Assembly: GCA_041309565.1 (NCBI GenBank)
Contig: JBFYZJ010000278.1
Location: 1 to 24,404 of the forward strand
Length of the DNA: 24,404 nucleotides
From: Candidatus Krumholzibacteriota bacterium
GTDB lineage: Bacteria > Krumholzibacteriota > Krumholzibacteriia > Krumholzibacteriales > Krumholzibacteriaceae
Direction: 5' to 3'
In this document: in pieces, positions 9,577 through 18,059 of the stretch
How positions within the stretch are numbered: the first letter of the stretch is position 1
How the letters are laid out: each line of letters starts with the position of its first letter
The notes under the pieces: generated by a model
Databases searched by the model: none
What the model saw: the letters and a program-made list of their open reading frames with translations, nothing else
Told to the model about the DNA's origin: nothing
Program-made: the position numbers and the translations under genes

Positions 9577-10857
9577 GTGCTTCTCGCAATCGTCATATTC
9601 TGTGTCGTGTACGTCGGGCTCGTCGTATTCCGGCATCACCGAGCCCATGTCACGTGGGCCGGCATCGCGCTTGCCCTTGCCCTCGGCGTCCTCAAGTTCG
9701 GCGAGATCGTTCCGAGCATCAACTGGAACGTGCTCGGCATCTTCGCCGGCACGCTCGTGCTCGCCGAGCTCTTCATCATCTCGAAGGTGCCCGAAACGAT
9801 CGCGGACGTCCTCATCAACCGCAGCAAGAATCTCGGCATGGCGTTTCTCGTGATCGTCTCGTTCACGTCCGTGCTTTCGATGTTCGTCGAAAACGTGGCC
9901 GCCGTGCTGATCGTGGCGCCGATCGCCCTCCAGCTCGCCCGGAAGGCGGGCGTCTCTCCGGTGCCGGTGATCATCGGTATCGCCATATCGTCGAATCTGC
10001 AGGGCACGGCGACGCTCATCGGCGATCCGCCGAGCATGATCCTCGGCGCCGCGATGAAGATGAACTTCATGGAGTTCATCGTGTATCCGATGCGGAACGG
10101 CTCCGGCGCGGTGAAGCCGGGGATCTTCTGGTTCGTGCAGATCGGCGCGATCGTGAGCATCGGCGTTCTCTTCTTTTTCTTCAAGGGCATGAAGCGGAAG
10201 CTCGAGCCGATTCCCGTGACGAAGGTCTTCAGCGTCGTTCCGACCCTCTTGCTGATCCTCACGATCCTGCTCCTCGCCAGCGCGACCTTCGTCGATCCGG
10301 GCTTCGTGTGGTTCGGCGGCACCGTCTGCATGGCGACGGCGCTCGCCGGATGCGTCTGGTACAGCTTTCACGACCACCGGCGCGTCCGGAGGATCGTGCG
10401 GGAGTTCGACTGGGGGACCGCCGCGTTCCTCACCGGGGTTTTCGTGCTCGTCGGCATGCTCGATAACCGCGGCGTCATCGAGGCGGTGGTCGACCGGCTC
10501 GGCGCCCTCAGGGGAGCGCACCCGTTCGTGCTCTACTCAGTCGTTGTCTGGGCCTCCGTGCTCCTTTCGGGCTTCATCGACAACGTGCCGTACGTTACCG
10601 CGATGCTCCCCGTCGTGATCCGGTTCGCGACCGAGGCGGCCCTGCCGGTCGAGCTCTTCGCCTTCGGACTCCTCATCGGCGCCTGTCTCGGCGGGAACAT
10701 CACCCCGATCGGCGCCTCCGCGAACGTCGTCGCGGTCGGGCTGCTCCACCGGGACAAGCACCCGATATCCTTCGGCGGATTCATGAAGATGGGGCTGCCC
10801 TTCACCGTCGCCGCGGTGGTCGCCTCCTACATCGTCCTGTGGTTCGTTTATCGCTGA
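9577..10857 (+). CDS. Ion-transporter superfamily permease (ArsB/NhaD/CitM/SLC13-like)
   Basis: About 11-12 TM helices; FVENVAAV, SNLQGTATLIGDPPSMI, FIDNVPY, GGNITPIGASANVV; GAGG RBS before GTG. Confidence 0.85.
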   Translation: MLLAIVIFCVVYVGLVVFRHHRAHVTWAGIALALALGVLKFGEIVPSINWNVLGIFAGTLVLAELFIISKVPETIADVLINRSKNLGMAFLVIVSFTSVLSMFVENVAAVLIVAPIALQLARKAGVSPVPVIIGIAISSNLQGTATLIGDPPSMILGAAMKMNFMEFIVYPMRNGSGAVKPGIFWFVQIGAIVSIGVLFFFFKGMKRKLEPIPVTKVFSVVPTLLLILTILLLASATFVDPGFVWFGGTVCMATALAGCVWYSFHDHRRVRRIVREFDWGTAAFLTGVFVLVGMLDNRGVIEAVVDRLGALRGAHPFVLYSVVVWASVLLSGFIDNVPYVTAMLPVVIRFATEAALPVELFAFGLLIGACLGGNITPIGASANVVAVGLLHRDKHPISFGGFMKMGLPFTVAAVVASYIVLWFVYR

Positions 10858-10886
10858 CGCCCGCGTGCAGCTTGCGAGCACGGGCG
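10858..10886 (+). terminator. Hairpin immediately after the permease stop; possible 3' end of the pyr transcript
   Basis: CGCCCG(C)GTGC pairs with GCACGGGCG. No U tract, so not a canonical intrinsic terminator. Confidence 0.3.
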
Positions 10887-10930
10887 GGGTGCAGTCGGCG
10901 GCAGGACCCGCGTATCGGACTCGATTCACG

Positions 10931-10960
10931 TTGACGGGCCCCTCGTAATTTCATTACAAT
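10931..10960 (+). promoter_or_regulatory. Strong sigma70-type promoter of the sugar-nucleotide cluster
   Basis: TTGACG (10931-10936) - 18 nt - TACAAT (10955-10960) in the most AT-rich patch of the intergenic region. Confidence 0.75.
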
Positions 10961-11057
10961 TGGAAAGTTAAGCTCCGCGCCGGGACGTTCCGCGGGCCGC
11001 AGGAACGGATGCGCCCCGTGCGCCGTCCTCGCATACCATTTGCAGAAGGGGAACGAG

Positions 11058-12020
11058 ATGAGAGTCCTCATTACCGGAATCACGGGTTTCGCCGGAAGCC
11101 ATCTCGCCGATCTCTGCCTCGCGAAGAAGGGCGTCGAGCTCTTCGGGATCGTGCGGTGGCGGAGCAGGACCGAAAACATCGAGCATGTATGGGACCGGTT
11201 GAAGCTCATCGAATGCGATCTCCGCGACGCGACGTCCACCCGCGACGCGATCGAGGAGATCCGCCCCGACTGGATCTTCCACCTCGCCGCACAGAGCTTC
11301 GTCCCGACCTCGTGGAACGCGCCGACGGAATCGCTCGTCACCAACATCGTCGGGCAGCTCAACGTGTTCGAGGCCGTGCGCAAGATCAACCTCGCGTGCC
11401 GCATCCAGATCGCGTGCTCGAGCGAGGAGTACGGCATGGTCTACCCGGACGAGGTCCCGATCAGGGAGACGAATCCCCTGCGGCCCCTGAGCCCCTACGC
11501 GGTGAGCAAGGTGGGGCAGGACATGCTCGCGTACCAGTACTTCATGAGCTATCGCACGGACGTCGTGCGGACGCGCGGATTCAACCACACGGGCCCCCGC
11601 CGCCCCGCGATTTTCGTCTGCTCCGATTTCGCCAAGCAGATCATCGATATCGAGCGCGGCGCCCGGAAGCCGGTCATCCGGGTCGGGAACCTCGACGCGC
11701 GCCGCGATTTCACCGACGTGCGCGACATCGTGCGCGGATACTGGCTCGCGCTGGAGAAGGGGAAGAGCGGCGAGGTGTACAACCTCTGCTCGGGAACGAG
11801 CTACCGCATCAGCGAAATCCTGGACATGCTCCTGTCGCTCGCGGGGGTGAAGGCCGAGGTCAAACAGGACGCCGCGCGGCTCAGGCCGAGCGACGTGCCG
11901 CACCTCGAGGGCTCCAACGAGAAATTCCGGGCGGATACGGGCTGGAAGCCCGAGATCCCGTTCGAACAGACGCTCAGGGATCTCCTCGATTTCTGGCGGA
12001 ACAATCCCGGCAGGAGATAG
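11058..12020 (+). CDS. GDP-mannose 4,6-dehydratase / GDP-6-deoxy-4-keto-mannose reductase (RMD)-like extended SDR, copy 1
   Basis: LITGITGFAG, FHLAAQSFV, SSEEYG, PYAVSK (YxxxK), FNHTGPRR, RRDFTDVRD; RBS AAGGGG before ATG 11058; 320 aa. Confidence 0.85.
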   Translation: MRVLITGITGFAGSHLADLCLAKKGVELFGIVRWRSRTENIEHVWDRLKLIECDLRDATSTRDAIEEIRPDWIFHLAAQSFVPTSWNAPTESLVTNIVGQLNVFEAVRKINLACRIQIACSSEEYGMVYPDEVPIRETNPLRPLSPYAVSKVGQDMLAYQYFMSYRTDVVRTRGFNHTGPRRPAIFVCSDFAKQIIDIERGARKPVIRVGNLDARRDFTDVRDIVRGYWLALEKGKSGEVYNLCSGTSYRISEILDMLLSLAGVKAEVKQDAARLRPSDVPHLEGSNEKFRADTGWKPEIPFEQTLRDLLDFWRNNPGRR

Positions 12021-12042
12021 CGCCCGCCGGGCTGGAGTGGTC

Positions 12043-13017
12043 ATGCGTTCACTGGTCACCGGGGCCGGCGGCTTCGTCGGCGGCTATCTCGTGCGCGAGC
12101 TCGCGGCCGCGGGGCACGAGGTCATCGCGACCGACGTCGTCGAGCCGTCGGGGCTGCCGGGCGACATCGCGCGGCGCCGCTGCGATCTCCTCGACGGCGC
12201 CGCCGTGAAGGCGCTCGTTGCGGAGGTCCGACCCGATTACGTGTTTCATCTCGCCGCGCAGAGCTCGGCGGCGCGTTCGTTCGACGAGCCGCGCTCGACG
12301 CTCGAAACGAACGTGTTCGGCACGCTCAACCTGCTCGAGGGCGTCCGATTCCTGCCGTACGAGTGCCCGGGCGCGAAGACGCGATCGGGGAAAGTCCGCG
12401 TCCTCTCCGTCGGCTCGAGCGAGGAGTACGGGCGGAGGCCGCGCGGCGCGATGCCGCTCGGCGAGGAGAGCCCGATCGAGCCGGTGAGCCCGTACGCGGT
12501 GAGCAAGGCGGCGCAGACGATGCTCGCGCTCCAGTACGAGCTCGCGTTCGGCATGGACGTCGTCGCCGCGCGGAGCTTCGGGCACACGGGGCCCGGGCAG
12601 ACCGTGCGTTTCGTGCTTCCCGCGTTCGCGCGCCAGTGCGCGGAGATACGGGCCGGGAAGCGCGAGCCGGTCGTGAAGGTCGGCAACCTCGACGTCGTCC
12701 GCGATTATCTCGACGTCCGCGACGTCGTCAGGGCGTACCGGATGCTCGCCGAGGACGCGAGCGAGCCGGGCGTGTACAACGTGTGCTCGGGGGAGGGGGT
12801 GCCGCTGCGCGACGCGCTCGATTTCCTCGTCCGCGCGTGCGGCGTCCCGGTGCGGATCGAGGAAGATCCGGGGCTCGTCCGCCCCGCGGATATACCGGCG
12901 CTCGTCGGCGACAACGCGCGTCTGCGGCGCGCCTGCGGGTGGCGGCGGGAGCATTCGACCGAGGATATGCTCGGAACGCTGTTCGAATACTGGGAACGCA
13001 TCGCAAGGGAGACATGA
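12043..13017 (+). CDS. GDP-mannose 4,6-dehydratase / RMD-like extended SDR, copy 2
   Basis: LVTGAGGFVG, FHLAAQSS, GSSEEYG, PYAVSK, HTGPGQ, VRDYLDVRD; GGAG RBS 12034-12037; 324 aa. Confidence 0.85.
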   Translation: MRSLVTGAGGFVGGYLVRELAAAGHEVIATDVVEPSGLPGDIARRRCDLLDGAAVKALVAEVRPDYVFHLAAQSSAARSFDEPRSTLETNVFGTLNLLEGVRFLPYECPGAKTRSGKVRVLSVGSSEEYGRRPRGAMPLGEESPIEPVSPYAVSKAAQTMLALQYELAFGMDVVAARSFGHTGPGQTVRFVLPAFARQCAEIRAGKREPVVKVGNLDVVRDYLDVRDVVRAYRMLAEDASEPGVYNVCSGEGVPLRDALDFLVRACGVPVRIEEDPGLVRPADIPALVGDNARLRRACGWRREHSTEDMLGTLFEYWERIARET

Positions 13018-14331
13018 ATGTTCAAAGTTTGCATGGTCGGAACCGGTTACGTGGGGCTCGTGAGCGGCGCGTGTCTCGCCGATTTCGGCAATCGCGTGAT
13101 CTGCGTCGATATCGACGAGGCGCGGCTCGACTCGATCCGCAACGGGGTCATGCCGATATACGAGCCGGGGCTCAAGGACCTCGTCGCGCGCAACTACTCG
13201 GCGGGGCGGCTCGTGTTCTCGTCCGATCTCAAATCGGCAGTCGAGGATTCGACGGTCATCTTCTCGGCGGTCGGGACGCCCGAGCGCGAGGACGGCTCGG
13301 CCGATCTCTCGTCGGTGTTCACGGTCGCGAAGGATATCGCCTCCCATATGCGCGAGTACCGCGTCTTCGTTCAGAAGAGCACGGTGCCCGTCGGAACGTC
13401 GGAGCGGGTCGGGGACATCATCCGGGAGAACCTCCGGGTCCCGGTCGAATTCGACCGCGTGTCGAATCCCGAGTTTCTCCGGGAAGGCTCGGCGATCGAG
13501 GATTTCATGCGCCCGAACCGCGTCGTCATCGGCGTCGAAAACGAGCGCGCGCGGGAGATCATGCGGGAGATCTACCGGCCGCTCTACCTCCTCGAGACGC
13601 CGATCGTCTTCACGTCCATCCGGACGGCCGAGCTCATCAAGTACGCGAGCAACGCGTTCCTGGCGACGAAGATCTCGTTCATCAACGAGATCGCCGAGCT
13701 CTGCGAGAAGGCGGGAGCGGACGTGGACGAGGTCGCGCGGGCGATGGGCCTCGACCGCCGGATCGGGCCGAAGTTCCTGCACGCGGGCATCGGATACGGC
13801 GGATCGTGCCTGCCGAAGGACGTGGCGGCGATCATCCACACGGCCGACGAAGCGGGCGTGCCCCTTCGTGTCATCAAGGCGGCCTCGGAGGTGAACCGGG
13901 CGCTCATCGACCGGCTCATGGAGAAGATCGGGAGCGAGCTGCCGGACCTCGCGGGGAAGACGATCGCCGTGCTCGGGCTCTCGTTCAAGCCGAACACGGA
14001 CGACGTGCGTGAATCGCCGGCGCTCCGTCTCGTCGAGCGCCTGCTCGACGCCGGCGCGCGCGTCAACGCGTACGACCCCGCGGCGATGGACAACGTGCGC
14101 CGGATCCACGGGGGCCGGATTTCGTACTGCGAGGACTCGTACGGCGCCGTCCGGGGCGCCGACGCGCTCGTCATCATGACCGAGTGGAACGAGTTTCGCG
14201 TGCTCGATCTCGACACGGCGAAGAAGCTTCTCCGAAACCCCGTCGTGTTCGATTGCCGGAACATCTACCAGCCGGAAGCGATGGAGAAGATGGGATTCAC
14301 GTATCATTCCTTCGGGAGGGTGACGCGGTAG
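13018..14331 (+). CDS. ugd: UDP-glucose 6-dehydrogenase (UDP-glucose/GDP-mannose dehydrogenase family)
   Basis: GTGYVG, KSTVPVG, NPEFLREG, AELIKYASNAFLATKISFINE, GYGGSCLPKD (catalytic Cys). Confidence 0.93.
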   Translation: MFKVCMVGTGYVGLVSGACLADFGNRVICVDIDEARLDSIRNGVMPIYEPGLKDLVARNYSAGRLVFSSDLKSAVEDSTVIFSAVGTPEREDGSADLSSVFTVAKDIASHMREYRVFVQKSTVPVGTSERVGDIIRENLRVPVEFDRVSNPEFLREGSAIEDFMRPNRVVIGVENERAREIMREIYRPLYLLETPIVFTSIRTAELIKYASNAFLATKISFINEIAELCEKAGADVDEVARAMGLDRRIGPKFLHAGIGYGGSCLPKDVAAIIHTADEAGVPLRVIKAASEVNRALIDRLMEKIGSELPDLAGKTIAVLGLSFKPNTDDVRESPALRLVERLLDAGARVNAYDPAAMDNVRRIHGGRISYCEDSYGAVRGADALVIMTEWNEFRVLDLDTAKKLLRNPVVFDCRNIYQPEAMEKMGFTYHSFGRVTR

Positions 14332-14375
14332 CGGACCGCGCGCGGCTCCCGCAACCGGGCCGCAAGGAGGCGCCG

Positions 14376-15410
14376 ATGCGGAAGATCCTCGTCACGGGGG
14401 GAGCGGGATTCATCGGGTCGAATTTCGTCCGACTCCTCCGCCGGGAGGGGCGGAAGGTCGAGATCACCGTTCTCGACAAGCTCACGTACGCCGGCAATCT
14501 GGACAACGTGCGCGAATTCATGAAGCGGAGGGATTTCCGGTTCGTCCGCGGGGACATCGGCGACGCCCGCCTGCTCGACGAGCTGCTTCCCGGCGTCGAC
14601 ATCGTCTACAACTTCGCCGCGGAAACGCACGTCGACCGTTCGATTCTCGAGGCGGGAAGCTTCGTGAAGACGGACGTGCTCGGCACGTACGTGCTCCTGC
14701 AGCGCGCGCTCAAGGCGCGCGTGCCCCGCTTCGTCCAGGTGTCGACCGACGAGGTGTACGGCAGCACCGCGCGCGGGAGCTTCCGGGAGAGCGATCCCGT
14801 GCAGCCGAACAGCCCCTACTCGGCGAGCAAATCGGGCGCCGACCTCCTCGTGCGCGCGTTTCACAAGACGTACGGCTTTCCCGCCGTGATCACGCGGAGC
14901 TCGAACAACTACGGGCCGTACCAGCACCCCGAGAAATTCATCCCGCTCTTCATCACGAACGCGATCGAGGGCAAACCGCTGCCGATCTACGGCGACGGCT
15001 CGAACGTGCGCGACTGGATCTACGTCGAGGACAACTGCCGGGCGATCGAGCTCGTCGGACGGCGGGGGATCGTCGGGGAGGCGTACAACATCGGCGCCGA
15101 CGAGGAGCATCCGAACATCGAGATCGCACGGAAGATCATCGAGCTCACCGGCGCGGACCGGGAGCTGCTCACGTTCGTTTCCGATCGGCCCGGGCACGAC
15201 TGGCGCTACTCGCTCGACGCGCGGAAGATCCGCGCCCTCGGATGGCGGCCGCGCGTCGAATTCGACGAAGGCATCGAGCACACCGTGCGCTGGTACGAGC
15301 GCAACGCGATCTGGTGGAAGCCCGTCAAGGAGGGCAGCTTCAAGCGCTACTACGCGAAGCTCTACCGTTCGCGGATCGGGGAATCGACGCGGCGAAAGGA
15401 GAAACGGTGA
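14376..15410 (+). CDS. rfbB: dTDP-glucose 4,6-dehydratase
   Basis: VTGGAGFIGSNF, DKLTYAGN, AAETHVDRS, STDEVYG, PYSASK, NNYGP, RDWIYVED, DRPGHD; RBS AAGGAGG 14364-14370; 344 aa. Confidence 0.95.
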   Translation: MRKILVTGGAGFIGSNFVRLLRREGRKVEITVLDKLTYAGNLDNVREFMKRRDFRFVRGDIGDARLLDELLPGVDIVYNFAAETHVDRSILEAGSFVKTDVLGTYVLLQRALKARVPRFVQVSTDEVYGSTARGSFRESDPVQPNSPYSASKSGADLLVRAFHKTYGFPAVITRSSNNYGPYQHPEKFIPLFITNAIEGKPLPIYGDGSNVRDWIYVEDNCRAIELVGRRGIVGEAYNIGADEEHPNIEIARKIIELTGADRELLTFVSDRPGHDWRYSLDARKIRALGWRPRVEFDEGIEHTVRWYERNAIWWKPVKEGSFKRYYAKLYRSRIGESTRRKEKR

Positions 15411-16498
15411 AGACGGCGGTCATCGTCGGAGCCCGGCCGAATTTCATGAAAGCGGCGCCGCTCATCCGCGAGTTCAGGAAGCGCCGCCGTTTCGAGTGCA
15501 TGTTGATCCACACGGGGCAGCATTACGACGAGAACATGTCGCGCGTGTTTTTCGAAGACCTCGAGCTCCCGGAGCCCGATATCCATCTCGGCGTCGGATC
15601 GGGATCCCACGCGGAGCAGACGGCGCGGATCATGACCGCGTTCGAGGACGTCGTCGCGCGGGAGCGCCTCGATCTCGTCATCGTCGTCGGGGATGTGAAC
15701 TCGACGCTGGCCTGCTCGCTCGTCGCGGCGAAAGCGCTCGTTCCGGTCGCCCACGTCGAGGCGGGGCTCCGGAGCTTCGATCTCGCGATGCCCGAGGAGA
15801 TCAACCGCATGGTAACCGACATCCTCTCGCGCTACTGCTTCACGACCTCCCCCGAGGCGGAGACGAATCTGCTGCGCGAGGGGGTGGGGCCCGAGCGAAT
15901 CTTCTTCGTCGGCAACATCATGATCGATTCGCTCCTCTTCTACCTCGAGAAAGCGGAGCGCTCCCGCGTGCTCGAGAATCTCGGCGCGGCGCCGGGAGGA
16001 TACGTGCTCGTCACGTTGCACCGGCCGTCCAACGTCGACGAGGGAGGGGTGTTCGCCCGCCTCATGGAGGCGCTCGCCGGTCTCTCGCGGTCGCTCCCCG
16101 TGATCTTTCCGGTCCATCCGCGGACGCGGAAAACGATCGAATCGTCGCGCGGCGCCGTCGAGATCCCCGACGGACTGAAGCTCATCGAGCCGCTCGGCTA
16201 TCTCGATTTCGTCAAGGCGATGCGCCACGCGCGCATCGTCGTCACCGATTCGGGCGGCATCCAGGAGGAGACCACGGTGCTCGGTGTTCCGTGCATCACG
16301 GTGCGCGAGAACACGGAGCGGCCGATCACGGTCGAGATTGGTACGAACGTGCTCGTCGGATCCGATCCCGGCAAAATCCGTGACGAGGCCGCGCGGATTC
16401 TCGCCGGTCCCGCGCGTCCCCACCGCGTGCCGCCTCTTTGGGACGGGAAGGCCGCGGAGCGGATCGCCGACGTTCTCGAACGACGGTTCCCGGCCTGA
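15407..16498 (+). CDS. wecB: UDP-N-acetylglucosamine 2-epimerase (non-hydrolysing)
   Basis: GARPNFMK, HTGQHYD, GDVNST, HVEAGLRS, PEEINR, TDSGGIQEE, RENTERP; GTGA overlap with rfbB, RBS AAAGGAG 15395-15401. Confidence 0.93.
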   Translation: MKTAVIVGARPNFMKAAPLIREFRKRRRFECMLIHTGQHYDENMSRVFFEDLELPEPDIHLGVGSGSHAEQTARIMTAFEDVVARERLDLVIVVGDVNSTLACSLVAAKALVPVAHVEAGLRSFDLAMPEEINRMVTDILSRYCFTTSPEAETNLLREGVGPERIFFVGNIMIDSLLFYLEKAERSRVLENLGAAPGGYVLVTLHRPSNVDEGGVFARLMEALAGLSRSLPVIFPVHPRTRKTIESSRGAVEIPDGLKLIEPLGYLDFVKAMRHARIVVTDSGGIQEETTVLGVPCITVRENTERPITVEIGTNVLVGSDPGKIRDEAARILAGPARPHRVPPLWDGKAAERIADVLERRFPA

Positions 16499-16533
16499 TC
16501 GTGCCATGGCTCGGCCCATCCCCGGCGGGAAAC

Positions 16534-18000
16534 ATGCGTGAGAAGATCAAGGAACTGACCAAGGACACGGCGATCTACGGCATCTCCACCATCATCGGCC
16601 GTTTCCTCGGCTTTCTGCTCGTTCCCTTCTACACCCATTTCATATCGCGCGGCGACATGGGCATCTACGCCAACATCTACGCGTATATGGCGTTCCTGAA
16701 CATCGTCTGCATCTACGGCATGGACGCCGCGTTCATGAAGTACAGCTCGCTGGCCGCGCCGGAGCGCAAGAAGCAGACCTTCTCGACCGCCTACCTGTTC
16801 GTCGTCCTGTCGACCCTGTTCCTCGCCGCGCTGCTGTTTGCGCTGCGCGGGCCGTTCGCCGCTTTGATGGAAGTCCCCGGCCTCTATCGCAGACTGGTCT
16901 CGTACGTCGTTTTCATCCTGTTCTTCGATACCCTGGCCCTGATTCCCTTCGCCAACCTGCGCCTCGAGCGGAAGGCGAAGAAATTCGCCGCGATCAAGCT
17001 CGTCAACATCCTGCTCAACCTCGGATTGAATCTCCTGTTTTTCATCACCTTCCGCCTCGGCATCGAGTCCATATTCGTCGCGAACCTCATCGCGTCCGCC
17101 GTGACGTTCCTGGCGCTCCTGCCGGAGATCCGGCCGAGGCTGCGTTTCCGGATCGAGGGCGCTCAGCTGCGGCAGATGCTGCGCTTCGGCCTGCCCTATC
17201 TTCCGGCAAGTCTGGCATCGATGATGGTCCAGGTCATCGATCGGCCCATCGTCCTGGCCCTGACCGACGCCGATACGCTCGGGCTGTATCAGACCGGCCA
17301 CAAGCTCGGCGTTTTCATGATGCTGGTGGTTTCCATGTTCCAATACGCCTGGCAGCCGTTTTTCCTGAACAACGCCCGGGAGAAAAACGCAAAGCAGATG
17401 TTCGCCGCGATCATGACCTTGTTCGTCCTGGCAGCCAGCCTGCTCTGGGTGATCGTTTCCCTGTTCATCGACAACGTCGCCGGCCTGGAATTCGCCCCCG
17501 GACGAACGCTCATCGAGGGGAGCTTCCTTCCCGGGCTGGTCGTGGTGCCGGTCATCCTGCTCGCGTACCTTTTCAACGGCATCTACGTCAACCTGCAGGC
17601 CGGGATATACATCGAGGAAAAGACGAAGTATTTCCCGCTCGTGACCGTGGCGGGCGCCGCGGTCAACGTGGCGGCCAACCTGTTCCTGATACCGCCGCTG
17701 GGCATCATGGGGGCTGCGTTGGCCGTGCTCGCGAGCTACGTCGTGATGGCGCTCTCGCTCTTCCTCGTCACGCGCCGGATCTATCCGGTCGCGTACGAGT
17801 TCGGGAAGCTGGCGAAGATCTTGGCGACGGTCATCGTCACCGGGCTCGCCTACTACTACCTGTATTACCGCGTCGGCCTGGAGCTCTGGCACAGATTCAT
17901 CCTCCTCGGGGCATTCGTCGCGATGCTCGCCCTCCTGCGCGTCGTCGGGAAAGAGGATCTGCGGCGCCTGCGCCGGCGGCTCCCTGAAAGTCCCGCTTGA
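16534..18000 (+). CDS. wzx: Oligosaccharide flippase (Wzx/MOP superfamily)
   Basis: 488 aa, about 13-14 TM helices; KDTAIYGISTIIGRFLGFLLVPFYT N-terminus, GLYQTGHKL, FQYAWQP. Confidence 0.85.
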   Translation: MREKIKELTKDTAIYGISTIIGRFLGFLLVPFYTHFISRGDMGIYANIYAYMAFLNIVCIYGMDAAFMKYSSLAAPERKKQTFSTAYLFVVLSTLFLAALLFALRGPFAALMEVPGLYRRLVSYVVFILFFDTLALIPFANLRLERKAKKFAAIKLVNILLNLGLNLLFFITFRLGIESIFVANLIASAVTFLALLPEIRPRLRFRIEGAQLRQMLRFGLPYLPASLASMMVQVIDRPIVLALTDADTLGLYQTGHKLGVFMMLVVSMFQYAWQPFFLNNAREKNAKQMFAAIMTLFVLAASLLWVIVSLFIDNVAGLEFAPGRTLIEGSFLPGLVVVPVILLAYLFNGIYVNLQAGIYIEEKTKYFPLVTVAGAAVNVAANLFLIPPLGIMGAALAVLASYVVMALSLFLVTRRIYPVAYEFGKLAKILATVIVTGLAYYYLYYRVGLELWHRFILLGAFVAMLALLRVVGKEDLRRLRRRLPESPA

Positions 18001-18025
18001 CACGTCAGTCCGGATATTCAATGCT
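17997..18025 (+). promoter_or_regulatory. Possible internal promoter for the WecA-like gene
   Basis: Perfect TTGACA (17997-18002, overlapping the wzx stop) - 17 nt - weak -10 AATGCT. Confidence 0.35.
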
Positions 18026-18059
18026 TTGAGGAGAAGCACGGATACCAAGGAGATGAACC

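Noticed and set aside
10897-10904. GGCGGCAG resembling an ops/JUMPstart element before the polysaccharide genes
   Set aside because: It mismatches GGCGGTAG and lies upstream of the predicted promoter, so it would not be transcribed.
14342-14363. Small hairpin just before the rfbB RBS
   Set aside because: Short GC stem with a bulge, does not cover the SD and has no U tract; expected by chance at this GC.
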